DNA of 64,000 bases from an uncultured Alphaproteobacteria bacterium (GCA_902617515.1 CACMWX010000002.1:15478-79477); one strand, 5' to 3'. Shown: positions 27,358 to 38,793, numbered from the stretch's first letter. The notes: generated by a model not told the origin, from the sequence alone. Numbers and translations: made by a program.

Positions 27358-28755
27358 TTGGGTCAATATTTTGAAAATTTTAAAGACGCCTTACCTGATG
27401 TAAAAAAAGTTAGAAAAATAAAAAAGGATTTAGAAAAAAAAGGCGTAAAATACATTTATTCTAATTGGATTGATTTTCTGGGTAGTCCAAAAACTAAGCC
27501 TATGCCTATATCTGATTTTGAGGATCTTTGTATGGGTAAAGGCCCTCAATTTGCTGTTCATTCTGTTTCCTTTGTTCCAGAATTAACTCCAGCAGATAAT
27601 GATCAAATCCCTGTGCCAGATTTGGATAGTCTTGTTATATGTCCATGGGATAAAACATGTGCATGGGTTTTTGCAGATTTATATTGGAATGACAAACCTT
27701 ACGATGTTTGCCCAAGAATGACGTTAAAAAAACAAATAAAGGAAAGCGCTAAATCTGACTTGAAATTTTTTGTTGGTATCGAACCTGAATTTTTTTTAAT
27801 GAAGTGGGAGGGTGATAAACCAGTTAAGGCAATTGATAGAGATCCTATAAATTTGAGAAGACAAGCTTTTGGGTATGACTCAGAGTACTCAATAGATGGA
27901 ATGCATTTTTTAAAAGAAATAATAGATATTTTAAATAATGATTTGAAATGGGACCTCCATGATGTTGTTGCGGAGGGCGCATATGGCCAATATGAATTAG
28001 ATTTTGGTTACACAGATATTTTAGGGATGGCTGATAGATTTGTATTTTTAAGAGTGTTACTCAAGGAAGTTGCAAAAAAATATGGATATTTTGTATCATT
28101 TATGCCAAAGACAACTATTAGTGATTGGAGAGCAGGTGCTCACATCAATCATAGTGTGGCATCAATTAAAAAGAAAAATAATAACATTTATAAGAATGGG
28201 AATAATTTCTCTGATAAAGCCTACAATGCTGTCGCTGGAATTTTAAAACATGGAGCAGCGATTACAGCTCTAGCGTGTCCAACTGTTAACTCATATAACG
28301 GATTTGTTCCTACAGTTGAGGGCCTTGATGGTGGCCGTCATACATGGGCTCCTACACACATGACATACGGCAGTAATAATAGATCAGCTATGATAAGACT
28401 ACCACAAAATAGATATTGTATAGAAAATAGGGCATCTGATTTAACTCAAAATCCTTATTTAACTTTTTCTTTATTAGCCGCAGCTGTTACAGAGGGTATC
28501 GACAAAAAAATGAAGCCCCCAAAACCAACTAATAAAAGTCTTTATGATTTGACCGAGAAAGAAAAAAAAGAGGTTACTACACTGCCAAGAAATTTATTAG
28601 AGGCAGTAGACGCTTTTGCTGCTGATAAATTAACTAGAAAAGTTTTTTCTGAGGCTATGATAAACAATTTTATTGGTTATAAATATGATGAGTGGTCTAG
28701 ATATCATACAACTACAACTGATTGGGAAATCAAAGAATATCTAAAGTTATTTTAA
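27358..28755 (+). CDS. Third glutamine synthetase-like gamma-glutamyl-amine ligase
   Basis: GIEPEF, EGAYGQYELD, GAHINHS, HTWAP (Trp at the flap), NNRSAMIR, IENR. TTG start with an AGGAGGA RBS. Confidence 0.82.
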   Translation: MGQYFENFKDALPDVKKVRKIKKDLEKKGVKYIYSNWIDFLGSPKTKPMPISDFEDLCMGKGPQFAVHSVSFVPELTPADNDQIPVPDLDSLVICPWDKTCAWVFADLYWNDKPYDVCPRMTLKKQIKESAKSDLKFFVGIEPEFFLMKWEGDKPVKAIDRDPINLRRQAFGYDSEYSIDGMHFLKEIIDILNNDLKWDLHDVVAEGAYGQYELDFGYTDILGMADRFVFLRVLLKEVAKKYGYFVSFMPKTTISDWRAGAHINHSVASIKKKNNNIYKNGNNFSDKAYNAVAGILKHGAAITALACPTVNSYNGFVPTVEGLDGGRHTWAPTHMTYGSNNRSAMIRLPQNRYCIENRASDLTQNPYLTFSLLAAAVTEGIDKKMKPPKPTNKSLYDLTEKEKKEVTTLPRNLLEAVDAFAADKLTRKVFSEAMINNFIGYKYDEWSRYHTTTTDWEIKEYLKLF

Positions 28756-29772
28756 TTGATTAGTAAAGAGGAACTACATAAATACCAATTAAATAATTTC
28801 AAATTAAAATCAGGCGACATAATAGATTTACAATTAAATTATTTAGCATTTGGGAAACTAAATTCTGACAAATCAAATGTAATTTTATTTCCTACTAGGT
28901 ATGCTGGTACGCATCTTGAGCAAGGATATCTGATTGGTAATAATTTGCCTATAGATCCAGATAAATATTTCATCATTATACCAAATATGTTTTGTAATGG
29001 TGTTTCATCCTCACCCAGTAATACAGAAAAACCCTTTAATGGACCTAATTTTCCTTTAATTACAATATATGATAACGTGCAAGCACAATACACACTTCTA
29101 AAAGAAATATTTAACATAGAAAAAATTAAATTAGTTATAGGTTGGTCAATGGGAGGACAACAAGCATTTGAGTGGGCGTCATATTTTCCAGACATGGTAG
29201 AAAATATGATTTCTATGTGTGGTCATGCTAAAACCACAGAGCATACATATGTATTTTTAGAGGGCGTATATGCTGCTTTGACTTCAGATCCAAACTGGAA
29301 TTCTGGAAATTATGAAAAACAACCTCAAAATGGAAAAACAACAATGGCAAGAGTATGGGCTGGATGGGCGCATGGGCAAGACTGGTTTAGAGAAAAAAAA
29401 TATATCGATGATGGTTACAAAGATGCAAAAGAAGTTTTGGATAAACTTTGGAATAGAATTTATTATCGTAAGGATGCAAATGATTTATTAGCGATGATAA
29501 GAACTTGGCAAGAGCACGACATTAGCAACAATAATAAATTTAATAATCAATTTGATAAAGCTCTTAACTCTATTACTGCGCGATGTATTTTAATGCCAGG
29601 TAAAAATGATTTATACTTCCCACCAGAGGATAATGAAATTGAATTAAAAAATATTAAAAATGGTGAATTGCGTATCATTCCTTCAAGCTACGGTCACTAT
29701 GCTGGAGCAGGTAAGTCCAAAGATGATTTAAATTTTGTTAATGATGCTATAAAGGATATATTGATTACTTAA
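28756..29772 (+). CDS. Alpha/beta hydrolase of the homoserine O-acetyltransferase-like family
   Basis: GWSMGGQQA nucleophile elbow, DLYFPP (Asp), YGH (His), GVSSSPSN; abuts the GS-like gene. Confidence 0.78.
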   Translation: MISKEELHKYQLNNFKLKSGDIIDLQLNYLAFGKLNSDKSNVILFPTRYAGTHLEQGYLIGNNLPIDPDKYFIIIPNMFCNGVSSSPSNTEKPFNGPNFPLITIYDNVQAQYTLLKEIFNIEKIKLVIGWSMGGQQAFEWASYFPDMVENMISMCGHAKTTEHTYVFLEGVYAALTSDPNWNSGNYEKQPQNGKTTMARVWAGWAHGQDWFREKKYIDDGYKDAKEVLDKLWNRIYYRKDANDLLAMIRTWQEHDISNNNKFNNQFDKALNSITARCILMPGKNDLYFPPEDNEIELKNIKNGELRIIPSSYGHYAGAGKSKDDLNFVNDAIKDILIT

Positions 29773-30961
29773 CAATAATTTTAAAATATTTTTTTTTACC
29801 AATCTTGAGTATTTTTCCGTTATAAGACTTATCAATCGTAAGATTAATATCGTTAATTTGGTCGTCGTCAATCTTTATACCACCTCCCTCAATTAGCCTT
29901 TTTGCTTCAGATTTTGATGAGACCAAACTATTGGATGTTAGTGTATCTATGAGTTTTGAGTCTATTTTAAAGTTAATTTCATCAATATTATCGTAAGAAT
30001 TATTTTCAAAAATTGATCTTGCTTTTTCTTCAGCCTCTTGTGCTGAGCTTTCTGAGTGACAATCTGTTGTCACTAAATACGCTAATTTTTTTTTCGCATT
30101 ATTGATATCTTCTTTAATTAATATTTTTATTTCATCTTTATCTAAATCACTAAAAATAAGTAATAGTTTTTCCACATCATTATCATCCACATTTCTCCAA
30201 TACTGATAGAAATCGTAAGAACTGTATTTATTTTGATCTATCCAGACAGCGCCTTGCTCGGTCTTGCCCATCTTCTTACCTGTAGAGGTAGTTAAAAGAG
30301 GTGTGGTAAGACCAAAAGCATCTTTTTTGTTTATTTTTGATATAATTTCCATACCCAAAACGATATTACCCCATTGATCCGAGCCGCCAATTTGCAACTC
30401 ACAATTTTCATGTTTATTTAAGTGAAGAAAATCATAACTTTGGAGTATCATGTAATTAAATTCTAAAAATGATAATGATTGCTCTCTTTTAAGTCTCTCT
30501 TTAACACTCTCAAATGTAAGCATACGATTGATTGAAACTTGACTTCCCAAATCTCTCAATAACTCTATGTAATTTAATTTATCAAGCCATTGATCATTAT
30601 TTATAAATTTTATATTTTCTTTGAAATCTCTAAAATAATGTTCAAATATTTTTTTAAAATTCTCAATATTTTTTTGGATTGTTTCGTAAGTTAAAATTTG
30701 TCTTGAGGCATCTTTGCCAGAGGGGTCACCGATTTTTGTTGTGCCTCCGCCTAATAGTACTATAGCCTGATGACCATGTTTGATTAGAGTCTTAATAGCT
30801 CTTAATTGAACAAGACTACCGGCATGTAATGCATCAGCAGTAGCATCAAATCCAATATAAAAAATAATTTTTTTCTTATTGAGTAAATTATTAAGTTCTA
30901 TTTCATTAGTGCATTGATTGAATAGATTTCTATCTTTAAATAACTGTATATAATCTATCAT
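29765..30961 (-). CDS. tyrS: Tyrosine--tRNA ligase
   Basis: YIGFDATADALHAGS, QIGGSDQWGN, KMGKT and a C-terminal S4 domain. Confidence 0.95.
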   Translation of the reverse strand: MIDYIQLFKDRNLFNQCTNEIELNNLLNKKKIIFYIGFDATADALHAGSLVQLRAIKTLIKHGHQAIVLLGGGTTKIGDPSGKDASRQILTYETIQKNIENFKKIFEHYFRDFKENIKFINNDQWLDKLNYIELLRDLGSQVSINRMLTFESVKERLKREQSLSFLEFNYMILQSYDFLHLNKHENCELQIGGSDQWGNIVLGMEIISKINKKDAFGLTTPLLTTSTGKKMGKTEQGAVWIDQNKYSSYDFYQYWRNVDDNDVEKLLLIFSDLDKDEIKILIKEDINNAKKKLAYLVTTDCHSESSAQEAEEKARSIFENNSYDNIDEINFKIDSKLIDTLTSNSLVSSKSEAKRLIEGGGIKIDDDQINDINLTIDKSYNGKILKIGKKKYFKIIVK

Positions 30962-30994
30962 ATATAATAATTAACATAATTTTATAGATATCAA

Positions 30995-32044
30995 ATGGAA
31001 TATATCGCCCTCGGTTGCATGTCTGGTACTTCTTTAGATGGTATTGATTGTAGCTTGGTCAAATCTGATGGAGTTTCATATGTAACTGATATATCAAATG
31101 AATTCATTCCATATAGTGATGATCTGCAATTAAAATTACGTAATGTAATTTTGAAAGGATACTTAGACGATACCAAAGTTATAAACCAGCTAAATCAAGA
31201 ATATAAGGATTCTATAAACAATTTTATAAAAAAAAATAATTTCGAAATAGACTTAATTGCAATGCATGGACAAACAATATATCACGATCAAAAGACAAAA
31301 ATTTCAATACAACTATTTGATAAGAGTATTAGATTTAACACTAACTCTCCTGTTATATGTAACTTTAGAAAAAATGATTTGTTAAATGGTGGTAATGGGG
31401 CACCAATAATGCCAGAATTCCACCGAGTCTTAGCTAATCAACTAGATTTAAAAAAGGTTATTTTTGTCAATATAGGAGGTGTTACTAATATAACTGTAAT
31501 TGATAACCAAAAAATTACTGCTGGTGATAGTTCTTTTGGTAATGCCATCGTTAATGATTTAATTTATGAAAAAACTAAAGAAAGACTCGATGTTGATGGT
31601 TCATTATCTAATAATGGTCAAAAAATTGATGTTCTATTTAAGAGAATAATAAGTGACAAGTATTTTTTAGAAAAACTTCCAAAATCTTTAGACAGAAATT
31701 ATTTTCATAAATATATAGATAATTCTATTAAAGATAAAAATTTAAATGATTTAATTTATACATTACTTGAAGTTATTCCATTTGCTATTAATTCTTTGAT
31801 TTCCTCGCAATCAGAATTCAAAATTATTTTAACGGGTGGTGGAAGAAAAAATCTAACTTTAAAAAAAATTTTCAGTAATTATTTTGATAATATTTCTTTA
31901 ATTGATGATTTCCAAATAGATGGAGATTTTATAGAATCCCAAGGAATGGCATTACTTGGTATAAGATATATGCTAAAAAAACAATCTACATATTATGAAA
32001 CTACAAAAGTTTTAAAAAATATTTACCTAGGTGAAAAGTGTTAG
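30995..32044 (+). CDS. anmK: Anhydro-N-acetylmuramic acid kinase
   Basis: GCMSGTSLDGID, HGQT, GG.GAP, NIGG, PKSLDR; divergent from tyrS. Confidence 0.9.
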   Translation: MEYIALGCMSGTSLDGIDCSLVKSDGVSYVTDISNEFIPYSDDLQLKLRNVILKGYLDDTKVINQLNQEYKDSINNFIKKNNFEIDLIAMHGQTIYHDQKTKISIQLFDKSIRFNTNSPVICNFRKNDLLNGGNGAPIMPEFHRVLANQLDLKKVIFVNIGGVTNITVIDNQKITAGDSSFGNAIVNDLIYEKTKERLDVDGSLSNNGQKIDVLFKRIISDKYFLEKLPKSLDRNYFHKYIDNSIKDKNLNDLIYTLLEVIPFAINSLISSQSEFKIILTGGGRKNLTLKKIFSNYFDNISLIDDFQIDGDFIESQGMALLGIRYMLKKQSTYYETTKVLKNIYLGEKC

Positions 32045-32679
32045 CTTTTGTGTTTTTCAATATACTTATTTAAAGTATTCATAAGAGGATCTAGCTTTCC
32101 CTCAAATAAGTGATTTGATTTTGAGATAGTTTCCATTGAAACTTCTGCATTTTTTTGTTTTTTAAATGTTTCAAAAAATTCTTTTAAGTTATCTCTTTTT
32201 ACTATTTCATCTTGTTCAGCTCTAACTATCAATGTTTTTATAGGACAGGGTGATAAAAAATTAAAATCGTACAAATTAACAGGTGGGGCTATTAAAATTA
32301 ATCCATCTACCTCTGGTCTTCTCATTAGAGTTTGAAATCCAATCCATGCACCAAAGGAGAATCCTACAATCCAACACGACCTAAAATCCTCATTTTTTTT
32401 TTGGAGCCAATCTAAAGAGACACTCGCATCATTTAGCTCTCCCTCTCCCTCAGTGAAGGCACCATCACTCTTGCCAACACCACGAAAATTTATTCTTAAA
32501 GTTGAAAAACCAGCATCTTTCATCACTTTAAATGCAGCATAATTAACTTTAGTGTCCATAGTTCCACCGTGTTTAGGATTAGGATGGAGAATTATAGCTA
32601 TATTTGGTTTTTCTTGCTCACTAGGTGAGTATTTGGCTTGAAGTTTACCTTCGCCACCTTGTATAAATACTTCTGGCAT
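32041..32679 (-). CDS. Alpha/beta hydrolase of the type found near Fe-S genes in alphaproteobacteria
   Basis: LHPNPKHGGTM, NFRGVGKS, GFSFG; probable start at MPEVFI. Confidence 0.8.
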   Translation of the reverse strand: MPEVFIQGGEGKLQAKYSPSEQEKPNIAIILHPNPKHGGTMDTKVNYAAFKVMKDAGFSTLRINFRGVGKSDGAFTEGEGELNDASVSLDWLQKKNEDFRSCWIVGFSFGAWIGFQTLMRRPEVDGLILIAPPVNLYDFNFLSPCPIKTLIVRAEQDEIVKRDNLKEFFETFKKQKNAEVSMETISKSNHLFEGKLDPLMNTLNKYIEKHKS

Positions 32680-32729
32680 AATTAAAGAAGAGATCATAGA
32701 TTACTTTTGATAAAAAAAGCAAGTTATAA

Positions 32730-33830
32730 ATGAATTCATTAGGTTTTAATAAAGATCCATCAAGCACAACAGTGGTGGTTGCTATGTCTGGTGGAGTGGA
32801 TAGTTCTGTCACAGCTGGTCTATTAAAAAAGGAGGGATACAATGTTATAGGTATAACTCTTCAGCTCTATACTTCTAATAACTCTGCAAAAAAAGGTTCT
32901 TGTTGTTCAGGTCTTGATATTTATGACGCTAGAAGAGTTGCCCAAAAATTAGATATACCCCACTATGTATTTAATTATGAAAAAACATTTAAATCAGATG
33001 TAATCGATTACTTTATCAACGCTTACGAAAATGGTGAGACACCCATACCTTGTGTTAAGTGTAATGAGACTGTTAAGTTTAGAGATTTAATGAACTTTGC
33101 AAAAAAATTAGAGGCAGATTGTATGGCAACAGGTCATTACATCAGAAGAAAAGGTAATATTAAAGATGCACATATGTATAGGGCTGAGGATAAATCGAAG
33201 GATCAAAGTTATTTTTTATTTGCAACAACACAGGATCAGTTAGATTACCTAAGATTTCCACTTGGTGAGATATCTAAAGCAGAAACTAGAAAAATAGCAG
33301 AGGATCTTGGTCTTATTGTTTATGACAAGAAGGATAGTCAAGATATATGTTTCATTCCAGATGGAGATTATAAAAAATTTATTAAGTCAAATAAGAAGAA
33401 AGGTGAAATACTCGACCTTTCAGGTAATGTTTTATCTTTTCATGACGGTATTCAAAATTTTACAGTTGGTCAAAGAAGAGGCTTAGGTATAGCAAATGAA
33501 GACCCACTTTATGTTGTTGATATCATTAAAGATAAAAACCAAATAATTGTTGGTGATAAGAAAGATTTGTTAGGTAAATCCCTTTTATTAGGTGATTTGA
33601 ATTTTATTATGCCAGAGTACGACCTTTCCAAAAAAACTGTTGAAATCCCTTGTAGTGCAAAAATTAGATCTTTATCTGAACCAAAAAAGGGAAAACTTAT
33701 TAAACAATCTACTTCCTACTCTTTTGAGTTTGATGAACCTGCAGAGGCAATTACCAAAGGTCAAGCTTGTGTTTTATATGATAATGATAGGGTTTTAGGT
33801 GGTGGGATTATTAAACAGAAACTGAACTAA
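32730..33830 (+). CDS. mnmA: tRNA-specific 2-thiouridylase
   Basis: AMSGGVDSS, TPIPCVKCN, ATGHY, KDQSYFL, DSQDICF, GQRRGLG. Confidence 0.95.
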   Translation: MNSLGFNKDPSSTTVVVAMSGGVDSSVTAGLLKKEGYNVIGITLQLYTSNNSAKKGSCCSGLDIYDARRVAQKLDIPHYVFNYEKTFKSDVIDYFINAYENGETPIPCVKCNETVKFRDLMNFAKKLEADCMATGHYIRRKGNIKDAHMYRAEDKSKDQSYFLFATTQDQLDYLRFPLGEISKAETRKIAEDLGLIVYDKKDSQDICFIPDGDYKKFIKSNKKKGEILDLSGNVLSFHDGIQNFTVGQRRGLGIANEDPLYVVDIIKDKNQIIVGDKKDLLGKSLLLGDLNFIMPEYDLSKKTVEIPCSAKIRSLSEPKKGKLIKQSTSYSFEFDEPAEAITKGQACVLYDNDRVLGGGIIKQKLN

Positions 33831-33890
33831 TTAGGGTATTTACTCGTATTTCCTTGTAAAAATCCTTATTTATCATATATATCGAGACCT

Positions 33891-35348
33891 ATGGCAGCTA
33901 CAGAACAAACAATTAAACAAGTAAACACACTGGGTAGTAGCGATTACAAATATGGTTTTTCTACTGAAGTAGACGAGATCCGACCTCCAAAAGGTTTAAA
34001 TGAAGAAATTATAAAATTCATATCTGCCCAAAAAGATGAACCAGAGTGGATGCTTGAATGGAGACTAAATGCATTTAAAGTCTTCAACAAATTACCGAAG
34101 CCTCAATGGGCTAAATTAAATATTCCAGAAATTGATTATCAAGATTGTTATTATTACTCAATACCTAAAAGTTTAAAAGATAAACCAAAGTCACTAGATG
34201 AAATAGACCCAGAAATACTAAAAACGTACGAAAAACTTGGTATTCCATTAAAAGAACAAAAAATGTTATCTGGTATAGCTGTTGATGCTGTTTTCGACTC
34301 CGTATCAGTTGCCACGACATATAAAAAACAACTTAGTGACTTAGGTATAGTATTTTGTTCAATTTCTGAGGCAGTAAAAACTCACCCAGAATTAGTAAAA
34401 AAATATCTAGGAAGTGTAATTCCAGTATCAGATCATTCTTTCGCAGCATTAAACTCAGCCGTTTTCACTGATGGATCGTTTATTTACATTCCTGAGGGAG
34501 TAAGATGCCCAGTTGAATTATCAACATATTTTAGAATTAATGCAATGAATACAGGTCAATTCGAAAGAACGCTTATCATTGCTGATAAAGACAGTTATGT
34601 GAGTTACCTAGAAGGCTGTACTGCACCAATGAGAGATGAAAACCAACTTCATGCTGCTAATGTAGAGTTAGTTGCCCTAGATAATGCAGAAATTAAGTAT
34701 TCAACAGTTCAAAACTGGTACCCAGGAGATAAAGAGGGTAAGGGAGGCATCTATAACTTTGTAACCAAAAGAGGTGCCTGCAGAGGGAAAAATTCTAAAA
34801 TATCTTGGACTCAAGTCGAGACAGGATCTGCAATTACATGGAAATATCCAAGCTGCATTTTACAAGGAGATAACTCTAAAGGAGAATTTTATTCAGTAGC
34901 CATAACTAACAATATGCAACAAGCTGACACTGGCACAAAAATGATACACATTGGTAAAAACACGTCTTCTAAAATCATATCAAAAGGCATCTCAGCTGGA
35001 AAAGCTAATAATACATATAGAGGCCTTGTAAATATTTTGTCGAAAGCCAAAAATGCGAGAAATTTTACTCAATGTGACTCTCTATTAATAGGTAATCAAT
35101 GTGGAGCTCATACAGTTCCATATATAGAGTCAAGTAATTCCGACTCAATGATTGAGCACGAGGCCACAACCTCAAAAATTAACGAAGATCAATTATTTTA
35201 CTGTCAGCAAAGAGGATTAAACAGTGAAGACGCAGTGGGGTTAATTGTGAATGGTTTTTGTAAAGAGGTACTTCAACATTTACCAATGGAGTTTGCCGTT
35301 GAAGCTCAAAAATTAGTCGCAATTAGCTTAGAGGGAAGCGTTGGATAA
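33891..35348 (+). CDS. sufB: Fe-S cluster assembly protein SufB
   Basis: [32 protein letters not shown]. Confidence 0.95.
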   Translation: MAATEQTIKQVNTLGSSDYKYGFSTEVDEIRPPKGLNEEIIKFISAQKDEPEWMLEWRLNAFKVFNKLPKPQWAKLNIPEIDYQDCYYYSIPKSLKDKPKSLDEIDPEILKTYEKLGIPLKEQKMLSGIAVDAVFDSVSVATTYKKQLSDLGIVFCSISEAVKTHPELVKKYLGSVIPVSDHSFAALNSAVFTDGSFIYIPEGVRCPVELSTYFRINAMNTGQFERTLIIADKDSYVSYLEGCTAPMRDENQLHAANVELVALDNAEIKYSTVQNWYPGDKEGKGGIYNFVTKRGACRGKNSKISWTQVETGSAITWKYPSCILQGDNSKGEFYSVAITNNMQQADTGTKMIHIGKNTSSKIISKGISAGKANNTYRGLVNILSKAKNARNFTQCDSLLIGNQCGAHTVPYIESSNSDSMIEHEATTSKINEDQLFYCQQRGLNSEDAVGLIVNGFCKEVLQHLPMEFAVEAQKLVAISLEGSVG

Positions 35349-36094
35349 TGTTAGAAATTAAAAACCTTCATGTCTCTATTGAAGAAAAAAAAATAATTAA
35401 AGGTTTGGATTTATCTATTAATAAAGGTGAGGTTCATGCACTTATGGGCCCTAACGGTTCTGGTAAAAGTACACTCTCTTACGTGCTATCCGGTAAAGAT
35501 AAATATGAAATAAATGATGGAACAATAGATTACAATGGTAAAAATTTATTGGAATTAGATGTTGATGAAAGAGCAAACGAGGGATTATTTCTTGCATTTC
35601 AATATCCAATGGAGATACCTGGTGTGCAAACTTCATTTTTTTTGAAAACAGCAATCAATTCAAAAAGAAAATATTTAGGTCAAAGTGAAATGGACGCATT
35701 GGAATTTGCTAAATTAATGAAATCAAAAGCAGAAGAATTGAATATAAGTACTGAAATGCTTAAAAGAGATCTAAATGTTAACTACTCAGGTGGTGAAAAA
35801 AAGAAACAAGAAATTTTACAGATGTCTATGTTAAGTCCCAAAATGGCTATTTTAGATGAAACAGACTCCGGTTTAGATATTGATGCCTTAAGAATTGTCT
35901 CTGAGGGAGTAAATAAATTAAGAAATAGTGATAATTCTTTCTTAGTTATCACTCATTATCAAAGACTTTTAAATTATATAAAGCCTGATTTTGTTCATAT
36001 TATTGCAGATGGTAAAATCGTAAAATCTGGTGATTACTCTTTAGCTTTAGAGCTAGAAGAAAAAGGTTACGAAGAGATATCTCAAACTGCTTAA
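35348..36094 (+). CDS. sufC: Fe-S cluster assembly ATPase SufC
   Basis: GPNGSGKS, FLAFQYP, LDETDSGLDIDAL. Confidence 0.95.
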   Translation: MLEIKNLHVSIEEKKIIKGLDLSINKGEVHALMGPNGSGKSTLSYVLSGKDKYEINDGTIDYNGKNLLELDVDERANEGLFLAFQYPMEIPGVQTSFFLKTAINSKRKYLGQSEMDALEFAKLMKSKAEELNISTEMLKRDLNVNYSGGEKKKQEILQMSMLSPKMAILDETDSGLDIDALRIVSEGVNKLRNSDNSFLVITHYQRLLNYIKPDFVHIIADGKIVKSGDYSLALELEEKGYEEISQTA

Positions 36095-37194
36095 TGGAAC
36101 TTGTATTAAATTTAGACAAGATACAATCTGAAAGTGTATCTCAATATGCTAAAGACATCTTAGATAATCAAAACCCATATAAAAATTTTAAAATTGAAAA
36201 TTATAAATACGCCCAACTTCATAAAGATGTCAAATCCGAAATCTTACTTAGAGATATAAATTTTTCTGAACTATTAGATAATACTAAAAATATTACCTCT
36301 TCTATTTCAAATCCATTTGACTTAACAGCTAATTTAAATCTCTGGAATTACAATAATGAAGATAGCTTTTTTAGAGTTTCTTCTTTAGTAAAAAGAGAAA
36401 CTAAATCTGTAAATTTAGATACATTTGTTGAAAGAAATTTATTTTTAGATATTTCTCAAATAAATGAGAACATACATATATCTAAATCCTCTACAAACGA
36501 AGTCAATCTTATTATTTTTAATAGCAAATCAAATGATGAGTACCCTAAATCAATTTTCTTAGATTTATCTAATAATTCTAAATTAAATGTAGTTCACTTT
36601 AATGTTTCAAATAATAAATCTTTTTTATACTTTGAAACTAATTTACAAGACAACTCATATTTAAATTTTGTTTCTTTTCAATCAGATAATATCCATACAA
36701 GAAACGAGTTTTATGCTTCATTAAATCAAGAGTGTAACTTTGATTTATATGGTCTTAATATCAACAATTATGGTGTAAATGACAATTATTCTTTTATACA
36801 ACATTTAAAGCCCTCTTCATCAAGTAGAGAAGTTTTTAAATCTATTGTTGAAAAGGGCGCTATTACAAACTTTCAAGGAAAGATATATGTTGACTCTATT
36901 GCTCAGAAAACTGATGGATATCAAATGAGTAGATCATTGCTTTTAGATGACATATCGAAAGCCAACAATAAACCAGAACTTGAAATTTATGCAGATGATG
37001 TAAAATGTAGTCACGGGTCTACTGTTTCCAAATTAGATGACGAGCAAATTTATTATTTTAAGTCCAGAGGAATTGATAACGAAATAGCTAAAAAAATATT
37101 AAAAAAAGCATTTATTGTTGAGATTATTGAGTCAATTAAAGACGATATGTTAAAGAATTATTCAAATGAGTTAATTGAAAGTTTATTATCATGA
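36094..37194 (+). CDS. sufD: SufD with a divergent N-terminus
   Basis: FQGKIYV..AQKTDGYQ and KPELEIYADDVKCSHG. Confidence 0.88.
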   Translation: MELVLNLDKIQSESVSQYAKDILDNQNPYKNFKIENYKYAQLHKDVKSEILLRDINFSELLDNTKNITSSISNPFDLTANLNLWNYNNEDSFFRVSSLVKRETKSVNLDTFVERNLFLDISQINENIHISKSSTNEVNLIIFNSKSNDEYPKSIFLDLSNNSKLNVVHFNVSNNKSFLYFETNLQDNSYLNFVSFQSDNIHTRNEFYASLNQECNFDLYGLNINNYGVNDNYSFIQHLKPSSSSREVFKSIVEKGAITNFQGKIYVDSIAQKTDGYQMSRSLLLDDISKANNKPELEIYADDVKCSHGSTVSKLDDEQIYYFKSRGIDNEIAKKILKKAFIVEIIESIKDDMLKNYSNELIESLLS

Positions 37195-38399
37195 ATAATA
37201 TTAAATTAGATTTTCCAATTTTAGATAAAAAGATCAGAGATAAAGCTATTACTTATCTTGACTCTGCAGCAAGCACTCAGAAACCCAAACAAGTAATTAA
37301 CTCTATTTCTGTATTTTTAGAAAATTCTTATGAAAATGTTCATAGAGGAATGAATTCACTTAGTATAGATGCTACAGATTTATATGAAAAATCTAGAGAT
37401 GTAGCAAAAAATTTTATTAATTCTAATTCTACAAATGAGATAATTTTTACAAGAGGGGCTACTGACTCTATAAATATTATTGCTAATTCATTAGTTGAAC
37501 ATCTTAAAGAGGGCGATAAGATTGTTGTAACTGAATTAGAACATCACTCAAATTATTTGCCTTGGATGAACTTATGTAAAAAATTAGGTTTAGAATTAAA
37601 AATAATTCCTATTTCGAAAGACGGCATTTTATCTGAAGACGATATCATTAACAATTGTGATGACTCCACAAAGGTTCTCTCTTTAACACACATGTCAAAT
37701 GTAACTGGCCAAATACTTGATATTAAAAAGATTAAAAAATCAATTAATAAAGATACTTATGTTGCCGTTGATGGTTGTCAATCAATAGCACACTTAAAAA
37801 TTGACGTAAAAGATTTGGATTGTGATTTTTACTCTTTTTCATCTCATAAACTTTATGGTCCATCTGGTATTGGAATTATGTATGGTAAAGAAGATATTTT
37901 AAATAAATTAAATCCTCCAACACTTGGAGGGGGGATGATCAATGAAGTTTCATCTAATGATTTTTCCTATGCTATGTTACCCAATAAATTTGAACCGGGT
38001 ACGCCTTCAATTGAGGCAGCAATTGGCTTTAAAACTGCTATGGAATATTTGAATAATAATAATTACCAAGACTATTTTCTGAATGAAAAAAAACTCAGAT
38101 CTACATTAATTAAAGCTCTACGTGAATTCAAAGAAGTAGATATATATGGCTCTAATGAAGATGGAAATGCTACATCCATTGTTTCTTTTAATATTAAAAA
38201 CCAAAATTTTAATGATATTGCCACTTTTCTTGACCAGTATGGAATTATGATTAGAGGAGGTCACCATTGTTGCCAACCATTTATGAAAAAGTTAGGTATT
38301 CCTGGTTCTTGCAGAGTCTCTTTTGGTATTTATAACGATCTTAACGATATTGATCATTTTATAGACTCTTTGAAAAAAACTCTAAAACTTCTTCAATAA
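37191..38399 (+). CDS. sufS: Cysteine desulfurase SufS
   Basis: YLDSAASTQKP, EHHSN, SSHKLYGP, RGGHHCCQP. Confidence 0.92.
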   Translation: MNNIKLDFPILDKKIRDKAITYLDSAASTQKPKQVINSISVFLENSYENVHRGMNSLSIDATDLYEKSRDVAKNFINSNSTNEIIFTRGATDSINIIANSLVEHLKEGDKIVVTELEHHSNYLPWMNLCKKLGLELKIIPISKDGILSEDDIINNCDDSTKVLSLTHMSNVTGQILDIKKIKKSINKDTYVAVDGCQSIAHLKIDVKDLDCDFYSFSSHKLYGPSGIGIMYGKEDILNKLNPPTLGGGMINEVSSNDFSYAMLPNKFEPGTPSIEAAIGFKTAMEYLNNNNYQDYFLNEKKLRSTLIKALREFKEVDIYGSNEDGNATSIVSFNIKNQNFNDIATFLDQYGIMIRGGHHCCQPFMKKLGIPGSCRVSFGIYNDLNDIDHFIDSLKKTLKLLQ

Positions 38400-38402
38400 G
38401 CT

Positions 38403-38792
38403 ATGGATAATAAAACACTCTCTGACTTTATGCCAAAAGTAAGTTCTGAAGGTGAGATTACTTACGGAGAAAAATCGTCATCACAGTCAGTGACATTAAC
38501 AAATGATCATATAATCAAAGTTCTCACTGATATAAAAGATCCTGAAATGGATATGAATATTTATGATCTTGGTTTAATTTACGACATATCAATAGATAAT
38601 TTTAACAATATTAAAATTATCATGACACTGACTACAGTTAACTGTCCAGTTGCTGATAGTTTTCCATTAGAGGTCGCTAAAAAAGTTCATGAACTAAATG
38701 ATGTAGGACAAGTCAGTATAAAACTAACCTTTCAACCACCATGGAATAAAGATATGATGAGCGAAAATGCAAAGTTAGCTTTAGGTTTTTAG
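38403..38792 (+). CDS. sufT: DUF59/SufT Fe-S maturation protein
   Basis: DPE..NIYDLGLIY, MTLT..CP, PPW. Confidence 0.85.
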   Translation: MDNKTLSDFMPKVSSEGEITYGEKSSSQSVTLTNDHIIKVLTDIKDPEMDMNIYDLGLIYDISIDNFNNIKIIMTLTTVNCPVADSFPLEVAKKVHELNDVGQVSIKLTFQPPWNKDMMSENAKLALGF

Positions 38793-38793
38793 T

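Noticed and set aside
28756-29772. Calling the hydrolase metX
   Set aside because: It lacks the HALTG-type motif of true MetX and sits beside an amine ligase.
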